64,000 nt of DNA, taken from NCBI GenBank assembly GCA_051531975.1, contig JAOPTT010000009.1:96001-160000 (forward strand). The letters run 5' to 3'. A model generated the notes under the pieces. The model was not told the origin of the DNA. It made no database searches and worked only from the letters and a program-made list of their open reading frames with translations. Origin of the DNA: Spirochaetaceae bacterium (lineage in GTDB: Bacteria > Spirochaetota > Spirochaetia > DSM-2461). Positions 11,140 through 20,138 of the stretch are shown in pieces; position 1 is the stretch's first letter, and the number at the start of each line of letters is the position of its first letter. A program made the position numbers and the translations under genes.

Positions 11140-13431
11140 ATGAAAAGTAAGAAGTTTGGAACATTTGAAGGCGTATTTATCCCAAGTATAGAAGCTATTT
11201 TAGGTACTGTACTATTTTTAATATTACCAAAGCAGGTTGCAGAAACAGGGTTAATCAAAATGATTATTATAATCTTGTTTGCTCATACCGTTACAATATC
11301 AACAGCATTTTCTTTAGCTGATTGTGCTACGAATTTAAACAAGATTGGTGCCGGTGGTATGTATGCCCTAGTTAGAAAGTCTTTAGGAATAGCTCTTGGT
11401 GGAAGCATCGGTGTTCAGCTTTTTTTAGTCCAAGCAGCATCTATTGCATTTTACGCAACTGGTTTTGCCGAGCCTCTACAGCCCATTATTGCTTCTAGCA
11501 CAAACTTTGCTTTTTTTGTTTCGGCTTTTCCGGACCCTAAAATCCAGCAACAGATGATAGCCCTTTTTATATATATAGTGTTTTTTGTAATAGTTTTTAT
11601 AGGTGCAGATTTTACTATAAAGTTACAAAAAGGAATCTTAGTTATTCTGTTTATGTCTATATTATCAATATTTTTATCTCCACTATTTCCAAGTACAGCT
11701 TCTGTCTTTACAGGATCTTTTAATCTATTGGGTACTGAAGCTTCGAGTGGCTCCGGTAATACAGGGATTATTGTATTGGTTTTAGTTTTTACTACGTTCT
11801 TCCCTGCTGTAACAGGTATTGGTGCTGGTGTTGGTATGAGTGGAGACTTAAAAACCCCACAAAAGAGTATCGTAACTGGAACATTTAGAGCTATTTTTGT
11901 TGGACTAATTGTATATTTAATAGCAGCAGTTATCTTCTCCCTTATTGAGCCACAATTATTAATAGATTCATCTTTAGTTATAGTTATGGGTTTTGCTAGA
12001 GGTTCTATCCCAGCAATAATTGTATTTATTGGTATATTAGTCGCTACTTCTTCTAGTGGTTTAAGTTATTTCATGACTGGACCCCGAACACTTTTTGCAC
12101 TAATGGACGATAACTTATTACCATCAAAATTAGGTTTCTTAAAAAATGATGTAATTAAAGGTGGATCAGAGCCACGAATTGCAATTATATTAACTGGAAT
12201 ATTAGGTGCAGGAGTTATATTTAGTGGAGGTACAGAGACTATCTCTGCCATTGTTGGTATTGCTTTCTTAGCTGTTTATGGTTGGATTAATTTGGCTGCC
12301 TTTTTGGAACGAGTATCAAGGAATCCAAGTTTTAGACCATCATCTAAAGGTCACTGGATTATATCTTTATATGGCTTCTTAATATGCTCAATAGTCATTG
12401 TAATATTTAGCCCCCCAGTAAGTATTTTTATTGGATTAGCTATAGGATTATTTCAGGTAGTTATATTTTTACTTATTCTTAAATATAAATCTAAAAATAA
12501 GGTTGAAGGAGTTTGGTGGGGAGTTATTTTTTCACTTGCTGCCTTTTTAACAAGTAAACTACGTCTTATAGTCCAAGGAACAAAAAATTGGAGACCTGTA
12601 GTTAAAGTATTTGCTTTTGGAACTAATAAAAATGGTGTAAATAATGCTGTATTAAAAATTGGGGAGATGATAGCAAGTTATCAGGGGTTGGTTACATCCC
12701 ATGTTATAACTACAGCTGATGACGACTTAACAAAAGAGGTAGAAAGAGGTTTAGAAGGACCTGTTCATAGAATTAGAGTAAATAATAATGCCGAATTAAC
12801 TATGTCGGTAAACAGTATTATCCAGGCTGGAGATTTTAGTAATATCGATACAAATAGTATTTTATTACAGTACGATAGTAAAATTAACTGGGAGAGTGTT
12901 ATAGATCAGGTTGTTAATGTTTCTAAACTAAATCTGATGTTATATAAAGATAATCCATACTATTCTTGGAAATCTGCAAGAAATATTTATACTGATTATA
13001 ATATTGATGTTTGGTGGCGTGGTACAGATAACGGTAATTTAAGTGCATTAATAGCATATGTTATTCATAGATCTAATCTTGCTGGGAAAATTAAAACCAA
13101 TGTTAGGATTATTAGAAAAATAGATGGTGACGACCAAATGACGAGTGCAAAGAGAGATTTAGAGACTCTTATGTCTAAAGCAAGATTAACAGGTTCTCAG
13201 CTAATTTTACCTAGGGATAACAGGGATATAATGGACACAATAAAAGAAGTTTCTAAAGATGCAAACTTAATCATGATAGGTCTACCAGATTCTAAAAATG
13301 ACAAAAAAGATAAAAGGACTATTTTCCAGAATCTTCTATATAGTTTTGATAAGCAGATAGAAGCTTTTGACTCTTTACCACCTATACTTTTTATTAAAGC
13401 ATCTCATACTATTAATCTAATAGAAGAGTAG
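11140..13431 (+). CDS. SLC12-like cation-chloride cotransporter / APC-superfamily permease
   Basis: FGTFEGVFIP..ILG, FFPAVTG...G..MSGDLK.P..SI..GT, KNWRP, IDVWW in a C-terminal soluble domain; many TM segments. Confidence 0.85.
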   Translation: MKSKKFGTFEGVFIPSIEAILGTVLFLILPKQVAETGLIKMIIIILFAHTVTISTAFSLADCATNLNKIGAGGMYALVRKSLGIALGGSIGVQLFLVQAASIAFYATGFAEPLQPIIASSTNFAFFVSAFPDPKIQQQMIALFIYIVFFVIVFIGADFTIKLQKGILVILFMSILSIFLSPLFPSTASVFTGSFNLLGTEASSGSGNTGIIVLVLVFTTFFPAVTGIGAGVGMSGDLKTPQKSIVTGTFRAIFVGLIVYLIAAVIFSLIEPQLLIDSSLVIVMGFARGSIPAIIVFIGILVATSSSGLSYFMTGPRTLFALMDDNLLPSKLGFLKNDVIKGGSEPRIAIILTGILGAGVIFSGGTETISAIVGIAFLAVYGWINLAAFLERVSRNPSFRPSSKGHWIISLYGFLICSIVIVIFSPPVSIFIGLAIGLFQVVIFLLILKYKSKNKVEGVWWGVIFSLAAFLTSKLRLIVQGTKNWRPVVKVFAFGTNKNGVNNAVLKIGEMIASYQGLVTSHVITTADDDLTKEVERGLEGPVHRIRVNNNAELTMSVNSIIQAGDFSNIDTNSILLQYDSKINWESVIDQVVNVSKLNLMLYKDNPYYSWKSARNIYTDYNIDVWWRGTDNGNLSALIAYVIHRSNLAGKIKTNVRIIRKIDGDDQMTSAKRDLETLMSKARLTGSQLILPRDNRDIMDTIKEVSKDANLIMIGLPDSKNDKKDKRTIFQNLLYSFDKQIEAFDSLPPILFIKASHTINLIEE

Positions 13432-14026
13432 CTAAATAGTCGGAACCATCGTGTATTCCCCAAAGCCATTGTTCGTCGTCTCCGATTATTGTTGCCATAA
13501 GTAGGGCTTCATCGTAGGTGATCTCTTTGGCCTCTGGTTTAAGTATGTTTTCTGCTGAGTGGATACGTATAATATAGTTATTGTTATAATGCTCTGTAAC
13601 ACTTTTACCTATTTGTGGTAGGAGTTTATAATGATTTTCAATTATTTTAATAACATCCATATTTGGTTTTTCTACTGAGAAACTAAAAGATAAAAAAAGA
13701 TTATCGTCATCTACAGTATATATAGAACCTTCTTTGCTTATTTTAACAAAACCAAGTTGTACCTGATCTCTGTTTTCAAGTAGAGAGTCTAATTTATCTA
13801 CAACTTCTGTTCTTAGAACTACTGCTGTTAAAAAATCTAACATAGGATCTGCAGGCAGTGTTTGATATCTTTTAAAAGTAGAATCTTTTACAGTTAAAAT
13901 AATATCTCTATCTTCCGACCGGGCATATAATCCATTATCGTGGGTTTTATATATCTCTACAAAAGAGTCGTTAGAAAAAATATTAACTGATAACAAAACT
14001 AGAAGTGATAAAAAGAAATATTTCAT
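13412..14026 (-). CDS. Hypothetical exported protein
   Basis: 204-aa ORF with N-terminal signal peptide. Confidence 0.7.
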   Translation of the reverse strand: MKYFFLSLLVLLSVNIFSNDSFVEIYKTHDNGLYARSEDRDIILTVKDSTFKRYQTLPADPMLDFLTAVVLRTEVVDKLDSLLENRDQVQLGFVKISKEGSIYTVDDDNLFLSFSFSVEKPNMDVIKIIENHYKLLPQIGKSVTEHYNNNYIIRIHSAENILKPEAKEITYDEALLMATIIGDDEQWLWGIHDGSDYLATLLLD

Positions 14027-14064
14027 ATACTTATGATCTATGTTTTTTACCCCATAGTCAAGAT

Positions 14065-14739
14065 TTATTTAAATTCAACACTATTCCAACCAATAGATAT
14101 GAAGAGTTTTTCTAAAAAAGCCCGATTAGATTCCTCTGCTGACTTTATTAAACCTCGGTTTATAATCTCGTCTTTTATCTTTGGTAATAACAGTGTTATT
14201 AACTTCTGCCATTGTCCTGGAGTTATATTTATATCGGGGAAGTTTTCTGCTTTAGAGGTATCTTCTACTTCTAGTGATAGTATTTTACTTTCAGGGGATT
14301 TAATCTCTATTAATCCTATTTCTTCATCTGAGAAGAGTATTGGATTTTTTAAATAACTTTCCATATCAAACCCAGCTACTGCTTGTGTTGTAATAATAAA
14401 GAAATACTTATCTTTGTTCAGATCGATACCAATATTTTTACACTGATAGAAGAAATTTTTATTTTCTATATCCTCTGTGCTTAGGAATTTAGCATTTTTA
14501 TACAATAGAGTGCCCCAATTAGGTTCTCCATGGATAAAATCAAATGGAAATATTGTTTTATATGTATATTTTGAGCTTCTAAACTGTGCAATTTTTACTG
14601 TTTTGATACTTTCATGACTTGTCTGTGTTAGAGTGGCTCTCTGGAATGGATTTATATCAAGTTTATTAAGACTAGGAATAAAAACAAATGCCAGAATTAT
14701 AATGATAATACTAAGAACTAGAATAATATACTTCTTCAC
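14065..14739 (-). CDS. DUF4230-like membrane-anchored protein
   Basis: N-terminal TM, AVAGFDM, A..SNRAFLEKLF...G...VEF ending; GTGA overlap with the upstream gene. Confidence 0.65.
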   Translation of the reverse strand: MKKYIILVLSIIIIILAFVFIPSLNKLDINPFQRATLTQTSHESIKTVKIAQFRSSKYTYKTIFPFDFIHGEPNWGTLLYKNAKFLSTEDIENKNFFYQCKNIGIDLNKDKYFFIITTQAVAGFDMESYLKNPILFSDEEIGLIEIKSPESKILSLEVEDTSKAENFPDINITPGQWQKLITLLLPKIKDEIINRGLIKSAEESNRAFLEKLFISIGWNSVEFK

Positions 14740-15317
14740 ATTTTCTCCTTTATTATATCATCAGAGAAATGAACTTTTACTGAGATACCAGAAATTTGCA
14801 ACAATGTTGTAAGAATATCCTTTGCACTCTCTTCACATTCTGATATTAATGTTTTTATATTATCACTTTTTAATATTTCATCTTTGGTTTCTTGTATTAC
14901 AGTTACGTAGTCCTCTCTGTTTATATTAGAAAAACGTTGTTTGGTGAAATATTCAGTAATAGAGGAGTCTACTGCATCAATAGAAAGTAGTTCCCCTTTA
15001 GGCAGTGTAATTAGCGTATAACCATCTTTTTCATCTACACTGAAACCTTTTGAAATATCTATACCAGCAGTTAAACTAAAGTCTATAGATATTAAAAATT
15101 CTTTACTAGAAATTGGTATCCATAAAAAGTCTGCAGTTTTTTTTGAGTAAATTATTTCTCTATAAATCTGTTTTGCTGTTGCTAACTCTTCCAATAACTC
15201 TATTTTATTAAAGATAATATTCTCTTCTAAAGCTTTATCTTTAAAGGATATAAACATGGTGAGTGTCGTAATTAATATTATTAAAATGCTTATTGTTATA
15301 ATTATCTTAATCTTCAC
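14736..15317 (-). CDS. DUF4230-like membrane-anchored protein
   Basis: N-terminal TM, ELAT, AGIDIS, ITLP..ELLS, A.DIL..LL...G..V.V.F. Confidence 0.7.
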   Translation of the reverse strand: MKIKIIITISILIILITTLTMFISFKDKALEENIIFNKIELLEELATAKQIYREIIYSKKTADFLWIPISSKEFLISIDFSLTAGIDISKGFSVDEKDGYTLITLPKGELLSIDAVDSSITEYFTKQRFSNINREDYVTVIQETKDEILKSDNIKTLISECEESAKDILTTLLQISGISVKVHFSDDIIKEKM

Positions 15318-15370
15318 AGGGTTATTATACTCGGTTCTAGGTTCTTTACTATTAAAATAAATATTTGAAG

Positions 15371-15410
15371 AAATAAAAGAAGAGTCTGTATTAGATTAAA
15401 CAGACTCTTC
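15371..15410 (-). terminator. Intrinsic terminator after the CE7 esterase
   Basis: Perfect 11-bp stem GAAGAGTCTGT/ACAGACTCTTC (15379-15410) followed by TTTTATTT on the minus strand. Confidence 0.8.
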
Positions 15411-15415
15411 AGTTT

Positions 15416-16369
15416 TTATAACAAAAATTGTAACTCTTTATCATCTTGTTCTGGTAGATTTTCGTGGGCAAAATCTGGGTATATCACAATCTCTTTTGGA
15501 GCTGTTATTTTATTGTAAACAGCAAACTGTGTAGATGGTGGGCATATCTCATCCATTAGGCCTGTATGATACTGGGTTTTTGCTTTGATCCTATTAGCTA
15601 AATGTTGAATGTCTATATAGGATAGTGTTTTAAAAAACTGATCAACATTTTCATGCCGAGGATCAAAATGTCTAAAATATTCTCTGATACCTACATATGC
15701 TATCTGGTCCAAGTCCATATCCCATACTCTTTTATAATCAGATAAAAATGGATAAATAGGTATTATCTTAGATATTCTAGGTTCAAGAGCCGCGCAAGCT
15801 ATTGTTAAACCTCCACCCTGGCTTCCACCAGCAGCTGATACCTTTTCTGAATCAACTTCATCCATATCAATTATTATGCCCGCTAACTTGGCAGTATCTA
15901 AAAACACATGTTTAAAATATAGAGACTCTTTTCCGGAGTCTACTCCTTTAATAACAAATCCATAAAGTGTTCCACCTTGAACTCCACCAACATCTTCAGA
16001 TTTACCACCTTGCCCTCGGCAATCCATAGAAGCTACTATCATTCCTGAAGCGGTATATTTTAGTAAGTTTGACCATGAATCTGATGCCCCCGTATATCCG
16101 TGAAATCTAACTAAAGCTGGTACTTTACCCTTAATGTTTTTAGGTTTAACTAGTTTTGCATAAACTCTAGCTCCACCAGTACCTGTAAAATAAAGGTCGT
16201 AACAGGTTGCAAATGGTACTTGGAATTTAGCCTCTGTAATAGATAGTTCTGGATCTATCTCTTTCATCTGTTTTATCTCATTATCCCAGAAACTATCAAA
16301 GTCAGTTGGTTTAACTGATGTTCCTTGGTATTTTTTTAGTTCATCTAATGGCATATCTATAGTGGGCAT
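15416..16369 (-). CDS. Acetylxylan esterase / cephalosporin-C deacetylase (CE7)
   Basis: P.DFD.FW, FHGY, DCRGQGG, GGSQGGGL, DEICPPST, PDFAHE; AAGGAG SD. Confidence 0.9.
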   Translation of the reverse strand: MPTIDMPLDELKKYQGTSVKPTDFDSFWDNEIKQMKEIDPELSITEAKFQVPFATCYDLYFTGTGGARVYAKLVKPKNIKGKVPALVRFHGYTGASDSWSNLLKYTASGMIVASMDCRGQGGKSEDVGGVQGGTLYGFVIKGVDSGKESLYFKHVFLDTAKLAGIIIDMDEVDSEKVSAAGGSQGGGLTIACAALEPRISKIIPIYPFLSDYKRVWDMDLDQIAYVGIREYFRHFDPRHENVDQFFKTLSYIDIQHLANRIKAKTQYHTGLMDEICPPSTQFAVYNKITAPKEIVIYPDFAHENLPEQDDKELQFLL

Positions 16370-16390
16370 ATGTTCTCCTTTTTATCTGTT

Positions 16391-17026
16391 TTATTTAAGA
16401 CAGTCTAATCCTATTAATATTGCTTTAAATTCATTACCTAAATTTATACCAAAATCGTTAACTATCTGTTTGTTTTTAACAGACTCTGTAACTTCAGCTA
16501 AAACTGCCTTTAGCTCTGATAATAGTGTTGGGCATAAATCTGGTTCTGCTAAAAGCAGTTCTGCCACACTACCCTTAGAAAGTAATATTGTAGCCTCTAG
16601 TCGTTGGAAGTTGGAATTAAAACCATATCCATTAAACTGTTTTGAAACAGCATATAACATACCAGTTTTTAAAGCATGCTCAAAACCTTCAAGGTTTTTA
16701 ACCTCTTCTGGATACTTCTGTTTAAACAGGGCTAGCGTTGCGACTGCTAGATATGTAGGGAAGTAATGAAAATCTATTTCTTCATCCTCTGGAGTATTTT
16801 CCGGTTCTGGTGATACACTCCATGAGTCTTTAACAATATCCTCAGTTCGCTGTAGATCAATTAGAGTCATTAAATATTTTTTAATGTCATCCATTGTATA
16901 TTTCTCATAGGGGATCTTATCCTTTTGTAGGTAGGTAAGAACATCCTTCATTAAGCCTACGATAGCACCTTGGTGTTCAAAGTCCATATCTCGGCAGATT
17001 CTAAATTTGTCTAATACATATAACAT
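16391..17026 (-). CDS. Hypothetical protein
   Basis: 211-aa ORF, co-oriented with the esterase; TAGAAT 6 nt upstream of ATG. Confidence 0.75.
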   Translation of the reverse strand: MLYVLDKFRICRDMDFEHQGAIVGLMKDVLTYLQKDKIPYEKYTMDDIKKYLMTLIDLQRTEDIVKDSWSVSPEPENTPEDEEIDFHYFPTYLAVATLALFKQKYPEEVKNLEGFEHALKTGMLYAVSKQFNGYGFNSNFQRLEATILLSKGSVAELLLAEPDLCPTLLSELKAVLAEVTESVKNKQIVNDFGINLGNEFKAILIGLDCLK

Positions 17027-17136
17027 ACCTAGATTCTATATAAAAATATAAATTAAAAAAAGTGAGATAAATGGAATTTAGGTTAAATATGGATTAAAAT
17101 ATATATAGAAGTTATCGTGGTGTAGAACGATTTTAC

Positions 17137-17165
17137 TTGTGAAATTGGACATTTATAGTTATAGT
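17137..17165 (+). promoter_or_regulatory. Putative sigma70 promoter of the PP2C phosphatase gene
   Basis: TTGTGA, 17 nt, TATAGT. Confidence 0.45.
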
Positions 17166-17183
17166 ATCTTGAGCTAAAAGCTA

Positions 17184-19283
17184 TTGGAGAGTTCATTGAA
17201 AATACAAAAGAGGTTACTCTTATCTATACTTCCTGTTGTTTTTGTTACTGTAATGGCAGTAACGTTAATAGCGATCTCTATTTCAACAGACGCTATGGAA
17301 GTTCAAGTAAAGGATAACGCAGAACTTTTGAGTCGTAGTTACTCAAGTCAATTAAACTCTAGGGTTATACAAATAAAAAGAAGTTCAAGGGATATTGCAT
17401 CTGCTATTGTTACAGCCGTAAATGTGGAAACTGTGATAATTGATGCAAGAAAAAGATATACCGAAATGGATAGAATATTTTACACCTCATTAGATGGTTC
17501 TATAAAAGATATGTCACCTTACTCTAGAACACTATTAGGTAATAACTATTCTAATGATTTAGATTGGCAACAAGCAATAAAAGATAAAAAAACTGTTCTT
17601 TCTAATCCGTTAGAATATTTAGGTAGCAGAGTTCTATTTGTATATACACCGGTTATTATAGACTATGTTGCCAATAAGAATTCTGAAGTTATTGGTGTAG
17701 TCATAATTGTTATTTCCGAATCTGATGTATTTAAAGATATTCATGATGTAGTTTATGGAGAGACAGGGTCAGTATTTGTAATAAATAGGGATGGTCAGTT
17801 TGTTTCCCACAAAGATCATTCATATGTTATGGAAAAGAGAGTTGTTGATATTCCAGCATCTACAGGTTTAACAAAAATTGAGAACTCTATGAAGGCTATG
17901 CATTCTGGTCTAGCATCTTATTATGATGGTCCCAAAAAACACTTTTTAAGTTTTTCTCCTGTGCCTGAAGCAAACTGGTCACTTTCTTTAACTGGAGATT
18001 ATGGAGAATTTACTCGTGATATCGATTCCTTAGTTAAATTTAATATTCTAATTCTATTTGTTGGAATCCTGTTTGCAACTGTTATAATATATTTAATTGT
18101 TAGTGGTGTTGTTAAACCTATTACAATTTTAACAGATATGGCAGGAAGAATTAGCCAAGGTGATATGAGTTCTAGGTCAAAATTAACAACTAAAAATGAG
18201 ATGGGGATACTGTCTAAAGCTGTTGATGGAATGGTTGATAGATTAGAAGATTATAATAAAACTCTAGAGGCTGATGTTCAAGAGAGGACAAAAGAGATTC
18301 AGGCGGCAAACGAAGAACTTACAGCCATGAATGAAACCATGGAAGCTATGAACGAAGAGTTAACTGTTACAAATGAATCATTGGATCATAATAGTCGTGA
18401 AGTAGAAGCTATGAACGAAGAGTTAAAAGTTACCAATGAAGCATTAGATGATAAAAATCGAGAATTTGAAGCTATGAACGAAGAGTTATCTGCTACTGTT
18501 GAAGAATTAGACAGTGCAAATAGGCAGTTATTAGTAACTAAAGATGCTCTTTGGAGTGAGATGGAACTTGCTCAAAAACTACAAACCGTTCTTTTACCAA
18601 AAGAGCCAAAAATAGCAGGATTTGAAATTTCTGCATATATGAGTACTACAGATCGTGTTGGTGGAGACTACTACGATGTTATTAATGTTGACGGTAAAGA
18701 TTGGTTTTTAATTGGTGATGTTTCTGGACATGGAGTTACCGCAGGGTTAATAATGATGATGGTACAAACCTCTATACATGTTGCACTGTCTCATAATCCT
18801 CATAGTCTTCCTGGAGATCTATTAACTATTATAAATAAAACTGTTCATTCTAATATTTCTAAATTAGGTGGAAACAGATATATGACTCTGACTGTCTTCG
18901 CATGTTTAGATGATGATAAGTTTTCCTTTGCAGGAGCCCATCTTCCTGTTATTATCTATAGAAACGAGACGAAGTCATTAGAGATGTTGGAAACTCCAGG
19001 GGCTTGGATTGGTCTTATTGATGATGTTCATGGTTTAAATGATAATGGTGAATTTAATTTATACTCTGGAGATATTGTGCTTCTATATACTGATGGTATA
19101 AGTGAAGCTGTTACCGCCTCAGGGACTCAATACTCCCAGAAAGCTTTAGCAGAACTATTTATGGATAATGTTGACCAAGATGCAAAGGGCATTTGTAATG
19201 TAATTAAAGATTTTTCACATCAATTAGTAGTTGATGATGATGTTACCATTATGGTTTTAAAAAAGGTGTCTAATGAAGTATAA
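17184..19283 (+). CDS. Membrane sensor PP2C/SpoIIE-family phosphatase (TM-dCache-TM-HAMP-coiled coil-PP2C)
   Basis: VGGDYYD, IGDVSGHG, AGAH.P, LYTDGISE, DDVT; HAMP (KPI..L...A..I..GD...NEMG.L). The real start may be TTG 17196 (GGAG SD). Confidence 0.92.
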   Translation: MESSLKIQKRLLLSILPVVFVTVMAVTLIAISISTDAMEVQVKDNAELLSRSYSSQLNSRVIQIKRSSRDIASAIVTAVNVETVIIDARKRYTEMDRIFYTSLDGSIKDMSPYSRTLLGNNYSNDLDWQQAIKDKKTVLSNPLEYLGSRVLFVYTPVIIDYVANKNSEVIGVVIIVISESDVFKDIHDVVYGETGSVFVINRDGQFVSHKDHSYVMEKRVVDIPASTGLTKIENSMKAMHSGLASYYDGPKKHFLSFSPVPEANWSLSLTGDYGEFTRDIDSLVKFNILILFVGILFATVIIYLIVSGVVKPITILTDMAGRISQGDMSSRSKLTTKNEMGILSKAVDGMVDRLEDYNKTLEADVQERTKEIQAANEELTAMNETMEAMNEELTVTNESLDHNSREVEAMNEELKVTNEALDDKNREFEAMNEELSATVEELDSANRQLLVTKDALWSEMELAQKLQTVLLPKEPKIAGFEISAYMSTTDRVGGDYYDVINVDGKDWFLIGDVSGHGVTAGLIMMMVQTSIHVALSHNPHSLPGDLLTIINKTVHSNISKLGGNRYMTLTVFACLDDDKFSFAGAHLPVIIYRNETKSLEMLETPGAWIGLIDDVHGLNDNGEFNLYSGDIVLLYTDGISEAVTASGTQYSQKALAELFMDNVDQDAKGICNVIKDFSHQLVVDDDVTIMVLKKVSNEV
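18342..18488 (+). repeat. Intragenic 63-bp-period tandem repeat
   Basis: Identical 21-mer GAAGCTATGAACGAAGAGTTA at 18342, 18405 and 18468 (EAMNEEL). Confidence 0.9.
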
Positions 19284-20121
19284 AAAAAGGATGAAACCCC
19301 AATGGAATAACATTCATTTAGTACAAGAAGCATTAGGGAAAAAATTAAAAAAACATGATAAAGGTTATATCGATAGTGTAAAAATGGTTTCAGGTGAACT
19401 ACTTGAAAACAGTGTTAAATACTATATGAAAAAGAAAATAAAGAGACCTATAGAGTACAGGTTTTCAAATAATAACGGTATTGAAATTTCTATATGTAAT
19501 CAAGAAATTGAACATGATGATATGCAAACTGTAGTTACACTTTTTGAAAAGATTAAAAAGAGTAAAAAACCATATGATCTTTTTCTTGATAGGTTACAGG
19601 AAATTTTAGATAATAGAATAAAAGGTGAAAGTAAGTTAGGTTTATTAAGAATTGCAAGTGAAGGTGGATACAACCTGGACTATAAATATAAAGATAAAAG
19701 TTTTACAATATGTGCAAATAAAAGTGCCATTGCCAAGGAGATAACTATGAAATCATTAGAATATGAGGATCTTAAGATTGAGGTCACAACACTTGATACC
19801 TATGTTAAAGTTGCATGGATAGGTAAGTGTAGAACTCTTAATCCTGAAAATATTCTAGATACTTATCTTGCTAAGCTAACCCAGTTTTCTAAGGGTCATA
19901 AGATCGTGGTTACTTTTGATCTACTAGAATCAATGAATTCTTCAACTGTTCCGCCACTTTTAACTTTTATTAAAGATCTAGAAGAGAACGGTATAGATAG
20001 TACATTTTTATTTGATGATAATGAGGATTGGCAAAGAGCCTCATTTAAACCCTTATCAATAATCGCTGGCAGATACAAAAATATAAAAATTAGACCTTTT
20101 TCTGTCCAAGAAACTGAATAA
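19273..20121 (+). CDS. Fusion of a GHKL/anti-sigma-type (SiaB-like) kinase domain and a STAS/SiaC (DUF1987)-like domain
   Basis: N-half ELLENSVKY and GESKLGLLRIASEG; C-half W.GK....NP, LESMNSST, WQRASF; internal AAGGAG-6nt-ATG at 19747. Confidence 0.6.
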   Translation: MKYKKRMKPQWNNIHLVQEALGKKLKKHDKGYIDSVKMVSGELLENSVKYYMKKKIKRPIEYRFSNNNGIEISICNQEIEHDDMQTVVTLFEKIKKSKKPYDLFLDRLQEILDNRIKGESKLGLLRIASEGGYNLDYKYKDKSFTICANKSAIAKEITMKSLEYEDLKIEVTTLDTYVKVAWIGKCRTLNPENILDTYLAKLTQFSKGHKIVVTFDLLESMNSSTVPPLLTFIKDLEENGIDSTFLFDDNEDWQRASFKPLSIIAGRYKNIKIRPFSVQETE

Positions 20122-20138
20122 ATATTGTATTATGCCAT

